This document shows, piece by piece, positions 53,528 to 64,000 of a stretch of DNA of 64,000 nt (position 1 is its first letter; every line of letters begins with the position of its first letter). The notes beneath the pieces were generated by a model. The model worked only from the letters and a program-made list of their open reading frames with translations, was not told the origin of the DNA and searched no databases. A program made the position numbers and the translations under genes. The DNA comes from Alphaproteobacteria bacterium (lineage in GTDB: Bacteria; Pseudomonadota; Alphaproteobacteria; UBA828): NCBI GenBank assembly GCA_965214705.1, contig CBDCCI010000002.1:2048001-2112000 (forward strand), in the 5' to 3' direction.

Positions 53528-54322
53528 TCAGTCGTCCCCGGTGTCCTGCGGGTCGCCGGATCGCCGGCGCCCTTTCTCCTGGCGCCGGCGGCGGCGCTCT
53601 GTGCTGCGCTGCTTCTGGCGCTCCTCGGCCTCCTTGCGGCGGTATGAATCGCCGTCGATGGCGATGATCTCGGCGTTGTGGACGAGGCGGTCGACCAGGG
53701 CCACGACGCAGGCGGCGTTGGGGAAGGCCTCGCCCCACTCGGCGAACGGCCGGTTGGTCGTGATAATCGTGGAGTTCTGCTGGGTGCGGCTTGAGACGAT
53801 GCTGAACAGCAGGTCGGCGTGGCGGTTGCTGTAGGAGAGGTATCCCACCTCGTCGATCACCAGCAGTTGCTGGCGGGCGTAGAAGCGCAGCTTTCGCTGG
53901 AGCAGGGTGTCGGAGTCGATGGCGGCGAGCTCGCCGAGCATGCTGGCAGCGGTGGCGAAGCGCACGGTATGGCCCTCGAGGACGGCGCGGTGGGCGATAT
54001 TGGCGGCGATCGTCGATTTGCCGACGCCGTTGGGGCCGACCAGGACGACGTTGGCGGCCTCCTTGAGGAAGTCGAGGCCCATGAGGTCCTCGACGGCCAT
54101 GCGGTCGCAGCGGCGGGGCCAGTCCCAGTTGAAGTCGGCGAGCGGCTTGAAGTCACCGAGCCGGGCATCGGCGAGGCGGCGCTTGAGGCTTCGGGCGCGT
54201 CTCTCGTCTTCTTCCCAGGCGATGAGCGTGGTCAGCCAGTCGCACTCGCCGACCTCGTCCCAGTGTGCGATGAGGCCGTGCAGGCCGAGGGCACGGGCCC
54301 GGTCCTTGAGGGTGTCGGTCAT
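53528..54322 (-). CDS. istB: IS21 helper ATPase IstB
   Basis: [31 protein letters not shown]. Confidence 0.93.
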   Translation of the reverse strand: MTDTLKDRARALGLHGLIAHWDEVGECDWLTTLIAWEEDERRARSLKRRLADARLGDFKPLADFNWDWPRRCDRMAVEDLMGLDFLKEAANVVLVGPNGVGKSTIAANIAHRAVLEGHTVRFATAASMLGELAAIDSDTLLQRKLRFYARQQLLVIDEVGYLSYSNRHADLLFSIVSSRTQQNSTIITTNRPFAEWGEAFPNAACVVALVDRLVHNAEIIAIDGDSYRRKEAEERQKQRSTERRRRRQEKGRRRSGDPQDTGDD

Positions 54323-55824
54323 TCTTCGCTGTCCTCCTCCTCGCCCTCGCCCGCCAGCCCGTCGTAATCCGTCAGGTCGTGGTCGCGGACGGCGATGTCG
54401 CGGACCTTCGGATCGTCGGGCAGATCGACCGGGATGGGCGGCGGCTTGTCCTGCTGTTCGCGGCGCCTCGTCAGGCTCAGGCGCACGGCGTTGGGATGGG
54501 GGACGCCGCGCTTGAGCGCCTCGTCGATGCCGGCCTCGAGCTCGGCGGCGCCATACTCGTCGAGGAGGCGCAAGAGGGCGGCGACGATGGAGCCGAGATG
54601 GCCGCCGCGTTTGGCGGCCTCGTCGAGCAGGCGCTCGCTGTTCGGCGCAGCCTTGATCAGACGATCCTGCCCGCGAAGGCGCCGGGCGTGACGCTTTTTC
54701 TTGGCCAACTCGGCGATGTGCTCGGGGATCTCGATGCAGGCGCCCTTGTCGAAGCTGCGCGGATGGGTGGCAATGACGTCCGTGCCGTCGAGGATGCGGA
54801 CCTCGTCCAGCGTCGCGATCACGACAAGGGTGTGCCGCGCATGGGTGTGGGGGACGCTGTAGTCGTTGAGATCGAACCGGGCGTAAGGCGTCTTGCCGAT
54901 GACGACCTCGACCCGTTCGTCGACGGGGAAGCGGTCGCCGGGCAAGGCCATGAGAGAGCTGCGTTCCTTCTCGAAGGCCTCGCGCACGGTGATGGAGCGA
55001 TCCTCGGGCCAGGGGCGGTCGGCGGCGATGCCCTCGCACCAGGCCTCGGCCTGGGCGTTGAGGTCGTCGATGTCGCGCCACTCCCGGGCGGCGAAGAAGC
55101 TGGCGCGTACATAGCGTATGGCCCGCTCGACGCGCCCTTTTTCGTTGCCGCGCGCGATCGCGACAGGCCGTGCCAGCACGCGGTAGTGGGCGGCGAAGTC
55201 GAGGTACCGGGGATTGAAGTGGACAGCGCTCCCGCGGCGCTCGAGCACGACGCTCTTCAGGTTGTCGCACCAGATCTCGCGCGGCACCCCCTGCCAGGCC
55301 TCGAAGGCGTCGATATGGCCGCGCAGGAAGTTGTTCATCCCTGCGCCCAGGTAGAAGCGCAGGAAGATGCGGCGCGAGTAGCTGAGCACCATCACGAAGC
55401 CCATCAACGGGCGCTCCGCGCGCCCGATCCTGACCTTGCCGAAGTGGGCCCAATCGACCTGGGCCTGCTCGCCGGGAAGGGTCTTCAGCCGCAGATAGGC
55501 CTCGGCTTCAGGCTTCGGCCGCAGGGAGGCGATCACACGACGGAAGTGGCTCTGGCTCCCCCGGTAGCCGCGCCCGCACACCATCTCGTAGAGCCGGCTG
55601 GCCGGCAGCGTCGGGTATTTCTTCAGTGTCTGGCGGATGAAGGGGATGAAGGGATCGAGCTTCGAGGGCCGCGGCTTGTGCTGCCGAGGCTCCTCGGCGT
55701 CCCTGATCGCGCGCCGCACGGTGCCGTGATGGACGCCGAGCTGACGCGCGATCGTGCCGATCTTCCACTTCTCGGCGTGATACAGCCGCAGGATCTCCGC
55801 TCTCGTCTCCTTGTCTGTGGTCAT
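54319..55824 (-). CDS. istA: IS21 transposase IstA
   Basis: PGEQAQVDW, DNLKS, EKGRVER. Confidence 0.93.
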   Translation of the reverse strand: MTTDKETRAEILRLYHAEKWKIGTIARQLGVHHGTVRRAIRDAEEPRQHKPRPSKLDPFIPFIRQTLKKYPTLPASRLYEMVCGRGYRGSQSHFRRVIASLRPKPEAEAYLRLKTLPGEQAQVDWAHFGKVRIGRAERPLMGFVMVLSYSRRIFLRFYLGAGMNNFLRGHIDAFEAWQGVPREIWCDNLKSVVLERRGSAVHFNPRYLDFAAHYRVLARPVAIARGNEKGRVERAIRYVRASFFAAREWRDIDDLNAQAEAWCEGIAADRPWPEDRSITVREAFEKERSSLMALPGDRFPVDERVEVVIGKTPYARFDLNDYSVPHTHARHTLVVIATLDEVRILDGTDVIATHPRSFDKGACIEIPEHIAELAKKKRHARRLRGQDRLIKAAPNSERLLDEAAKRGGHLGSIVAALLRLLDEYGAAELEAGIDEALKRGVPHPNAVRLSLTRRREQQDKPPPIPVDLPDDPKVRDIAVRDHDLTDYDGLAGEGEEEDSEE

Positions 55825-55825
55825 C

Positions 55826-56287
55826 TCACCCCTCTCGTGCCGGGTGGCGCACCGTGCGCAGGCCCGGATGAACGAACACCGCGCAGAAGCGGCCGCAGAT
55901 GCTGCAGCGGAAGCCCCCGGCGGGCTCCTCGTCCCCGAAGGGGCGTGTTCCGCGGCGCGTCCCTGGCGTCCGTGGCACGACAACACGGCGGTGCGCGCGC
56001 GTCGAAGGGTGATGCGTCACTTTCCGCCCGCAGCCCTCATCCTGAAGCGCCCTGCAGCGCTGCCGGTCCCGATAGCGTCTCTGGCGCTCCGCGTGCTTGC
56101 GGCGCCCCGGGCGCCCGTCCTGGTAGCGCCGCCCGGCGAGACGCTGCGACTCTCGGCGCGCGCTCTCGCTGCACTCCCTGGAGCAGTAGTGATTGCCGCG
56201 GTCGCAGCGGGGGCAGAGAACAACCTGCCGATGACACTGCGGGCAGTTGAAGATGCGGCCGAAGTTCCTCATCGCGGCGGTCGATGA
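55826..56287 (-). CDS. Small Cys-rich Zn-finger ORF upstream of istA (start uncertain)
   Basis: CPQC..CPRCDRG..YCS..C, C-terminal CSICGRFC. Confidence 0.55.
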   Translation of the reverse strand, partial: SSTAAMRNFGRIFNCPQCHRQVVLCPRCDRGNHYCSRECSESARRESQRLAGRRYQDGRPGRRKHAERQRRYRDRQRCRALQDEGCGRKVTHHPSTRAHRRVVVPRTPGTRRGTRPFGDEEPAGGFRCSICGRFCAVFVHPGLRTVRHPAREG

Positions 56288-57300
56288 GAACGGGCTCGAC
56301 CCCCGCAGAATCCAGCACAATACTGTGCATCTGGGCCGTGTCTGGCATGGCTCGGGGGTGCGGCGTCGGCTGTTGCGATCAGGCAAACGGGGCCGGCGCC
56401 GCATCGTTCTCAGCGGCCCGAGTCTACCCCCGGCGATCTCGATGTCAGGTGCGCAACGCTGCCGACGGCAAGCCCGCCGGACCTCAAAATCGGCAGGTCG
56501 CCTGGCCCAGCTTCCACACGACCGGCCGAAGGCCTGTGGACAAGTGGACAGCCGCTCCGCGCCTGACCACTTCCCCACAGGCCCAACAGCAACAAGCGCT
56601 CAAATCAGTGCGGACAAAAAACCCGTCAACTACATCGCCACCAAAATCACGCGCCCTAAATGAGCGAATACGCGCGGGTCTAGACGGTCACCAACACCAT
56701 GGTCGTCAACCCGCTCCGGCGGGCCTACGACAAGGCAATCCGCAGCGCCGAACGCCGGCTCGCCCGCCTGCGCAACCGGATCGCCGGCGCGGCCAGGAAA
56801 AAGAGGCCGACGGCGCAGCTCAGGAGCGAGGTCAGGGACCTCGAGGGCGCCCTCGAGATCGCCAAGGCCAGCCGCAGGAACGTGCCGAAGCACTGTCGAG
56901 CCGGCGACCTCGACGAAGACCGACAGCTCGATGCCCTGCCCTCACGCGACCGTCTCCTCCTCGACGTCATCCGCATGATCGCCTACCGCGCCGAAACCCG
57001 CATGATGCTCCCCGTCATGCAGGGACAAGGCAAGAAGCCTCATCCCCGGAAACTGCTTCAGGCTCTCATGGCCGCCGATGCCGACGTCCTGCCGGACCCC
57101 GCCAACGGCGTTCTCCGGGTCCATATTCTCGGCCTCGCAAATGACGCCTGCGACCGCCAGATCGATGCCCTCCTGAACGAGCTCAACGCCACCGAAACCG
57201 TCTTCCCCGGGACCGAACTGCGCATGGTCTACGAGGTCGCCGCAGCTCCGGAATCCACGTAAACCGCGTCACCCCAAATCAGCAGAGGTCAGGAAGTCTG

Positions 57301-59209
57301 GTGCGCCAGGCAAACTGGTGGAATGTCGCCGGGTGGAAGTCCCGGCAGAAAGAGAGGTGAACCGACCACTTTCTCCGCGACCCATGCGCCGGTCGTCGCG
57401 AGGCGGCAGGCGAAGCGTTGGGAAGCGGCAGGCACGGGCCGGGCTATTGAGCCACGAAACCTGATTCAACCGGGGTGCCGAGGCTGTCAGATTAGCCGAA
57501 GGCAACACCCTGTGAGCCGTTTTGGTGAGGCGAGCAGGGGCTCTGCGGGGTCTAAGAACCATGGCACGTGCCGAAGCAGTCCACCGGGACCTGGGAGGTC
57601 TTCGAACTGCCCCGCGGTCGTGCGGGGCCGCTAAGGAAAGGAGCTATACCGCAACCCAATGATGTACGGTTCGAAGAAATCAGATTCGCCCATAGTAGCA
57701 ATGAAGCCGGCGAACAACGGCCCCTCGGGGCCGGCGGAGCCGGGGGAGCGAAGGGGCGGACCCAAGGGCAATCCGAAAGGCCAAAGCTCGCGCCGCGCGC
57801 AGAAGCGGGGAAGCGAGTCACAGGCGGCCGACCGGATACGACAGGCTGCAAAGAGGAACCCGGATGAGTGTCTCGTGGCGCTCCTCCACCATGTGACGGT
57901 TGACTGCCTGCGCGACGCGTACCATTCGCTGAGAAAGGACGCGGCAGCGGGGGTGGACGGCGTCACGTGGGAGGCATACGCCGACGGGCTGGAAGATCGC
58001 TTGGTCGACCTGCACGGGCGTGTGCACAGGGGGGCGTATCGGGCGCCGCCGTCGCGGCGGGTCTACATACCCAAAGAGGACGGGGGACAACGACCGCTCG
58101 GCATCGCCTCGCTGGAGGACAAGATACTCCAGCGGGCGGTGACGGATACGATTCTGGTGCCGATCTACGAGACGGAGTTCCTCGGCTTCAGCTACGGCTT
58201 CCGGCCGGGGCGGGGGACGCATAACGCGCTCGACGCCGTGGCGGTTGGAATGGAACGGCGGAAGGTCAACTGGGTCGTTGACGCCGACATCCGCGGGTTC
58301 TTCGACAATCTCGGGCGGGACCACCTGGTCGGGATGCTCGAAAGGCGCATCGGAGACACGCGGGTCATGCGGCTGATCGTCAAGTGGCTGAACGCCGGCG
58401 TCATGGAAGGGACCGACTGGACGGACACCGGCAGGGGCGTTCCGCAGGGTGGGATAATCTCACCCTGCCTCGCCAACGTTTACCTTACGTGCTCGACGAC
58501 TGGTTCCACAACACATGGCGCAAACGGACGGCAGGAGGCGACACAATCATCGTGCGATACGCCGATGATTTTGTGTGCGGCTTCCAGCACGAGGGCGACG
58601 CGAAGCGTTTCCTCCGGGACCTCGGCGAGAGGCTGGCCCAGTACGGACTGGAACTGCATCCGGGCAAGACCCGGCTCATCGAATTCGGCCGCTACGCGAA
58701 AGCGAACCGCCGGACACGGGGGCAGGGCAAGCCGGAGACGTTCGACTTCCTTGGCATGACGCACTTCTGCGACCAGTCGAGGAAGGGACGGTTCAGGGTC
58801 GGCCGCAGGCCATCCCGGAAACGGGTCAACCGCACTCTGCGGGGGATCGCGGAAAGGCTGCGCAAGCGCTGGCACGACAACCGGCACGAGACAGCGAAGT
58901 GGCTGGGAAGGGTCATCGACGGCTGGCTCAACTACTACGGCGTACCCGGGAGCGGCCGCTATCTGGTGCGGTTCGTGCACCAATGCAAACGGCTGCTCAT
59001 GCGTGCCCTGCGGCGAAGGTCCCAACGGGACCGCACCGCGTGGGAGGATATCAATCCCCTCACTGCTGCCCACTGGCCCAAGGCCAGCATCCGTCATCCG
59101 TGGCCGAACCAGCGGCTTGTCGTCAGGACCTGAGGGAGGAGCCGGATGCGAACAGCGCCCGTCCGGATCTGTGCGGGGGGACCGGGGCAACCCGGTTCCC
59201 TACCGCGAT
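57301..59209 (+). mobile_element. Group II intron A, copy 2
   Basis: 5' GTGCG, domain V GAGCCGGATGCG..CGCCCGTCCGGATC, 3' CGAT; EBS1 CAGATT (57488-93) pairs with exon AGTCTG. Confidence 0.92.
57659..59133 (+). pseudogene. ltrA: Intron A2 RT/maturase frameshifted by a 4-nt deletion near 58485
   Basis: TACCTTACG versus TACCTGCATTACG in copy 1. Confidence 0.85.
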
Positions 59210-59797
59210 AAGTTCAGCATCGCGCCCGGCGTTCGCGACCACCCTTGGGGATGATGGCTCTCCATCATCTCCCGCCACAAGCACTTGTCTGCAGAATCGC
59301 CGACCGGCTGCAGCGTCATCTCCTGTGGCGCAAGCAAGTGAAGCACAACCCACCGAAATCACTCAATACATTTCGGGCCAGACAATTAGAAGCCGGCAGC
59401 CCTTCTGAAGTGCATTTTGACGAGGTCCGGGCCCGATTGACCCGCTGTCTTTTCCGTATTAGCAGTAGGAACTCCTTTCCACCACCGTGGAAAGGTGAGA
59501 CGCGGCGAAACGTACAAGGGAATACACTATGCAAAGACCGGCCGCACGTCATGTTGCAACTTTCGCGGCGAACCTCGCAAAATTTGCCAGAGCGGTCGTC
59601 ATCGTCTCGCTAGCCGTCAGCACTTTCCCGAGCTTGCCGAATGCGGAAGGGGTGCCAATAGGGATGTACCCTTGCGAGGGTTCGTGCCCTCCCTAAACAG
59701 GATACAGTGTCGAGGCCTCCCGGACAGAGAGCAACTGAGAAAGCTCCAGTAGGTCCGCAAAGCTGCCGCTGTCGTAAACATCGTCAAGATCTCCATA

Positions 59798-61299
59798 GAG
59801 CCACTTGCAAAACTCCCAGGCGCGGTCTGCTTTTCCCGAGAGCCCGTCGTGAAGACATTGACGGCCGGAACGTAACATGAACATCGGGACGAGCGGACGT
59901 CGCTGGCTGCCGCCGGGTCGCCGATTCGCCGCAAACCGATGCCCATGCGGGCGCATTTTGGACCCGCCGTCGCGATGCGGACGTGGCTTTTTGCGCCTCC
60001 GCCGAGGGAGGCGTGCCGGCGTGACAGGGACGGAGGCGCCGCTCAGGCCAGGAGGCGCATCAGCTGGTCGACCGTCAGCACCAGGATGCCGAACATCAGG
60101 TGGCAATGAACCTTGGCATGGCCGCGCACGCGGACATGGCGGCCCCCGCAGTTGTCCTTCAGCCCACCGTTGATGCGCTCGATGTTCGAGCGCTCGTTGT
60201 AGCGCTCGTCCGCCGGGTGGCGGTGACCGACGCCTCTCTGCGCCCTGGCCTCGCGCGCCAGCTCCTCCTTGTACTCCTTATCGCGAGGGTTGATGTCGAT
60301 GATCGGGACGTGGCCCAGCAGGTAGCTGTGCCAGCCGATCTCGGGCGCGTCATAGGCTGAGTCCATGAGGTCGTACAGATTGGTGACGCGGTCGGCGGTC
60401 ATACTCGCCAGCGGGATCGCGGCCTGGCTGTCGTGCAGCGAGGCGGACGTCAGGATGCAACTGATCGGGATGCCGCCATCGGCGGCGTCGATGTGCAGCT
60501 TGTAACCGATCCACGATGTGGTATGGCCCTTGGCGTTCCGCTTGGTGCCGACGTCGCAGGCTTTCGGCAGGTCGTCGAGCATCTGGGGCAAGCTCATCGT
60601 GAGCTGGCGTTTCACGCGGCGCTCCTCCTTGGGCCGCTCCTCGCCCTTGCGCGGGCGGCCGCGCTTGCGCTTCGGCTTCTCCGCCTTGGGCCTGGGCTGA
60701 GGCTTCTCGCGCGCCTCGATCGCCGTCGAGTCGCGCGAGACGTGCCCGACCAGATGGTCTCCGAGGGTCTGCTTGATCAGCGCCTCATGCACCCGTTCGG
60801 GCAACGCCCCCTCGGAGAACTCCGCGAAGGCCCGCGAGAAGGTCGCCTCGCTCGGGATCTCCCCGCGCCAGGTCCAGCCGCACAGATGCCGCAACGTCTT
60901 GTCGGCCTCAAGGCGCTCGATCAGGGCGCGCGTCGTCGGAACGTCGAACACCGCCTTGGCGATGAAGGCGCGGGCCAAGGCCGCCCGATCCTCGACCGGC
61001 CGACCGGGCAGGCCATGGAAATGGGGAAGGAAGCTCTCGACCCGCGCAAGCTCAAGCACGGTGACGAAGCGCCGGTACCTCTCGCCGAGCGGCCCGAGCT
61101 CCTCCTCAAGCCACGGGAAAAGATCCGCTTGAATGCGATGCCAGAATCCGGATAGTGTCTTTCCCAGCGACATGGGGCCGCCCTCTCCGTCGACGTTGTC
61201 CGAAACCCGACAGGAACAGAGAGCGGTCCCGATTTCCAGGACAATCTGACCGCCACGGCGGCAAAATCCCGCTCAAATGCGGAATTCTGCAAGTGGCTC
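59798..61299 (-). mobile_element. IS5/IS1182-like IS copy 2 (transposase 60043-61173)
   Basis: Same IRs as copy 1, TSD CATA; protein slightly diverged. Confidence 0.85.
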
Positions 61300-61319
61300 C
61301 ATAGTGAAGGAATTCCACG

Positions 61320-63674
61320 ATGACAAACATCGACTGGGTGCAACGAGTCGAGGACGCGTTAAAGCATCTGGGCGAGGAATTCGAAATGAATGAGCTAGCT
61401 TACTTAGCGCTAACTCTTGAGTAACTTCTCTCTAAGCCGTTGACATAGAGGCATTTGTGTTTTTGTTGTCGTCGTCGATCTCGACCAGTTGGAAGCCGAG
61501 CTTCTTGGCCTGTCGACGGAGCGAAGAGAACTTTCGGTCCAGGCGTCGGCTCTCGTAGACCTCCATCCCCTTCTCGGCATATTGCTGGCCGCGGGTCACC
61601 ATCAGGTAGATCAGGCAGGCGAGTTCTCGGGCGGTGGCGACAACGGCTACGCTGGTGTCCATCCGGGCGAGGCGGCTGCGGTGCTTGGCGCCGATGAAGG
61701 TTTGGCTGGTGCGAGCGGTCATGGCCGCCATGCGCAGTGCCTGGCCAACGCGGTTGACCACCTTGGGCCCCCGGCCCGGCAACGGTTTGCCGCCGCTGAT
61801 CCTGGTCCCAGGCGCCAGCCCCAGCCAGGAACTGAAGTGCTGTGCGGAGGGAAAGGCGGAGAAGTCAGGACCGATCTCGGCGGCGATCACCAGGGCAGTG
61901 TTGACGCCGACGGTGGGGATTGCGGTGAGATCGACCCCCATCATCTTATGCAGCGCCATAGCCATGGCCTTATCCTGCCCGCGGAGCGCCCTGCCGCTGC
62001 TGCTTGGGGTCTCGTTCGACGCCGTGCCCGATGATCCGACACTGGGAGTGTCCTCGGGCGTACCCTCATCCGTCGGATCGTCCGGCGGGGTCAGGTGCTC
62101 AACCTCCGCCATGATCCGCGCCTCGCAGTCCGCGATCTGCTGCTCCAGAAAGTCGTAGCGCTGCATCGCCTGCTCAAGCGCGAACAGGTGCTCCTCGCGC
62201 CAAGTGCCCTCCAGGCTCGCGGCAATCGTGTCGGCGCTGGCCTTGATCCGCCTGTCGCGAAGCGACGCCAGCCGCCCGGGGTCGCGCTCGCCGGCGATGA
62301 TCGCCCGCAGGATGCGCTCACCCGTCTTCCCCATGATATCGCTGATCACCGAGTCCAGACGCACGTTCATCTGGGTCAGCGCCTTCTGCATATGCAGCAC
62401 GCAGCGAGAGCGGTCCTCGATCAACTGCTTCGCCTGGCGCATGAAGGAGCGCAACGGGCAGATCGCGTCGCCCGGCCGGAAGGCGCCGCGCAGAAGGCCG
62501 TAGGACATCAGCTGCCAGATCCACTGGCAGTCCAGCACATCGCTCTTGCGCCCGCCGATCTGCTTCGTCATCCGGGGCGGCACAAGCATCACCTCGAAGC
62601 CGGCTCGATCCAGGACCTCGTAAACCGGGATCCAGTAGACCGAGGTCGACTCCATCGCCACCTTCGTCACACCGCACGACTTCAGCCACTCGGCCATCGC
62701 ATCCAGGTCGCGCGTGAACGCGCCGAACTCCCTCACCGGTTCCTCGGCTCGCTCCGGATCCACCGCCACGAAGTGCCGGTCCTTGCCGATGTCGATCCCG
62801 GCGCAATTCGGGTGCACTACCTTGAGGCGCTGCCTCCTTCTCCGCTTGCGCGCCATCGAGAGCCCTCCCAAACTCCGTTGACGTTGCGGGTGGGGAGGAA
62901 CCGCGGCGAAGTCTCAATCTCTTGAACGAGGTCACGGGCGAACCCGCGCCATCAGTGACAGAAGCCGATCACGGTTCGGGCCAAGCTTCCAAACGGGTGC
63001 CCTCGCACGCCACTGAAGGGACGGCCTCGTCTGCCCTACCCGCTACCACTTCACGCTTCAACCGTCGAAGACTCAACCCCAGTCGAAGACTCTACCCCCA
63101 GTTACTTCAGCGACTGAGCCGCTGCGCCGCAGTGGTGGTGGCTTCCAAGGCAGAGAAGCAGGTAATCGACCGCTTGGCATTCAGGCTCCATCGAGAATGC
63201 GGCAACGACCACATTGCCATAGCGCGAGAGTTTACCGTTCGAAAGAAGATACAACGCGTGGATCTTGCAATTGTTGAAAACAAGATGCCTCGCTTGTTCT
63301 TGGAAGCAAAAGCTATGCAGAGCTTCAATGTGAACTTGCCCGAGGAGGGGCGAGGGTATCCCGCGGCTATACGGGAAGATAAAGCAAAGCTAAAAGCGTA
63401 TAAGCCGCCAAGAGATCACACGAACCTCGACAAAGTCGTACTTCACCTAACCACTCACACTTCAAGTAAACCCGCCAAAAAATGGGATGGAGTTGTCAAG
63501 TATGCTGCACGCATTAGGAACTACAGACCCCAAAGTATTGACGAGCTAAAGAATAAACTAGATCAACAGCTGCCCAAGAAAACATTTCCCGTCTGCGCCT
63601 CTGGAGATATCCGAGGGGGTTGTGCATTCAGCATGAACGTGACCATTCATTTTCGCCTCTTCGGTCCCTACTGA
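61320..63674 (+). pseudogene. Low-GC PD-(D/E)xK-like nuclease gene split by IS110
   Basis: MTNIDW...ELAYLALT | SKAEKQVIDRLAF...RVDLAI...LEAK rejoin in frame. Confidence 0.7.
61416..63143 (-). mobile_element. IS110-family element (recombinase 61432-62856; 5' non-coding end 62857-63143)
   Basis: AGIDIGK, MESTSVYW, KSDVLD, SGGK; 2-bp core (CT on + strand) at both junctions, no TSD. Confidence 0.92.
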
Positions 63675-63920
63675 CTGTTGGCATGCGCTGTTGGCACGCA
63701 CTCAGAACTTGCCACCAACGAGGTACTAAACGGTCATGTCTAGTAACTGCCCAGGTTGTCTGATTTGTTATTTTGGGCAGTGAGTTGAGGGGCGGTTCGC
63801 TCGGAATTGGCGCGAAGGGCTTGACGGGAATTTCGGGAAATGATTCAACAACGACATGAGCAATCCCGAGTCGCCACACGGCCCTTCACCGGGGGCATCG
63901 CCCGAAACGCCCGTGCAAAA

Positions 63921-63982
63921 TCTGGCCGCATTTGACCGTAGTTCTGGCGACATCTGACCGCGATTCCGGCGGCACTTGACCG
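63921..63982. repeat. Three 18-bp direct repeats with a 22-bp period
   Basis: TCTGGCCGCATTTGACCG / TCTGGCGACATCTGACCG / TCCGGCGGCACTTGACCG. Confidence 0.6.
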
Positions 63983-64000
63983 TCGGAAGCCGGGTCTCGG

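Larger units (their letters stand above)
52414..56696 (-). mobile_element. IS21-family element with passenger genes
   Basis: TGTTGG...CCAACA ends sharing CGCGCGTATTCGCTCATTT, 6-bp TSD CCATGG. Confidence 0.9.
50295..57300 (+). mobile_element. Unclassified (ISNCY-like) IS with a degraded transposase (pieces 50448-52413 and 56703-57262)
   Basis: 17-bp perfect IR CAGACTTCCTGACCTC / GAGGTCAGGAAGTCTG region; VDGH, FDREG, RWSQENFFK; TSD AAGTT displaced to 41521-25 and 59210-14 by the introns. Confidence 0.8.

Noticed and set aside
52414-56696. CRISPR-associated transposon (array plus transposase/ATPase)
   Set aside because: No Cascade, Cas12k or TniQ genes, and the array is 34 kb away in a different layer
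41602-59133. RTs as CRISPR-associated, retron or DGR enzymes
   Set aside because: All lie within recognisable group II intron RNAs; no Cas1 fusion, msr/msd or TR/VR pair
59215-59797. Short ORFs in the lower-GC segment
   Set aside because: No recognisable motifs or consistent frame; left unannotated

Overview
High-GC bacterial window with two parts. Bases 1-14.9 kb hold a catabolic/transport cluster: a TRAP permease end, an OYE-type flavin oxidoreductase, an IS-disrupted FAD oxidoreductase, two enolase-superfamily enzymes and a polyamine/opine-type ABC importer. From about 15.3 kb to the end is an island almost entirely made of nested mobile elements, whose boundaries could be reconstructed from terminal inverted repeats (IRs) and target-site duplications (TSDs). 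It contains three tyrosine integrases, an orphan type I-E-like CRISPR array, and IS1634-like, ISAs1 (DUF4338-fused), IS630, IS66, IS5/IS1182-like, IS91-like, IS21 and IS110 elements. It also has a large serine-recombinase element, three MITE types and four group II intron copies. Three observations stand out. (1) The CRISPR array carries a 560-nt gene-bearing insert between two repeats, ending in a DNA methyltransferase N-terminus cut at its NPPY motif. (2) Group II introns home to IS terminal IRs; one IS is bracketed by two outward-facing copies of one intron inside an intact AAGTT duplication, and one copy is a twintron. (3) The IS110 non-coding end contains visible bridge-RNA-like guides matching its own target and donor. 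A secreted ankyrin gene and an autotransporter relic suggest, by inference only, a marine-invertebrate (sponge) symbiont. All family assignments are from motif recognition, not database searches.
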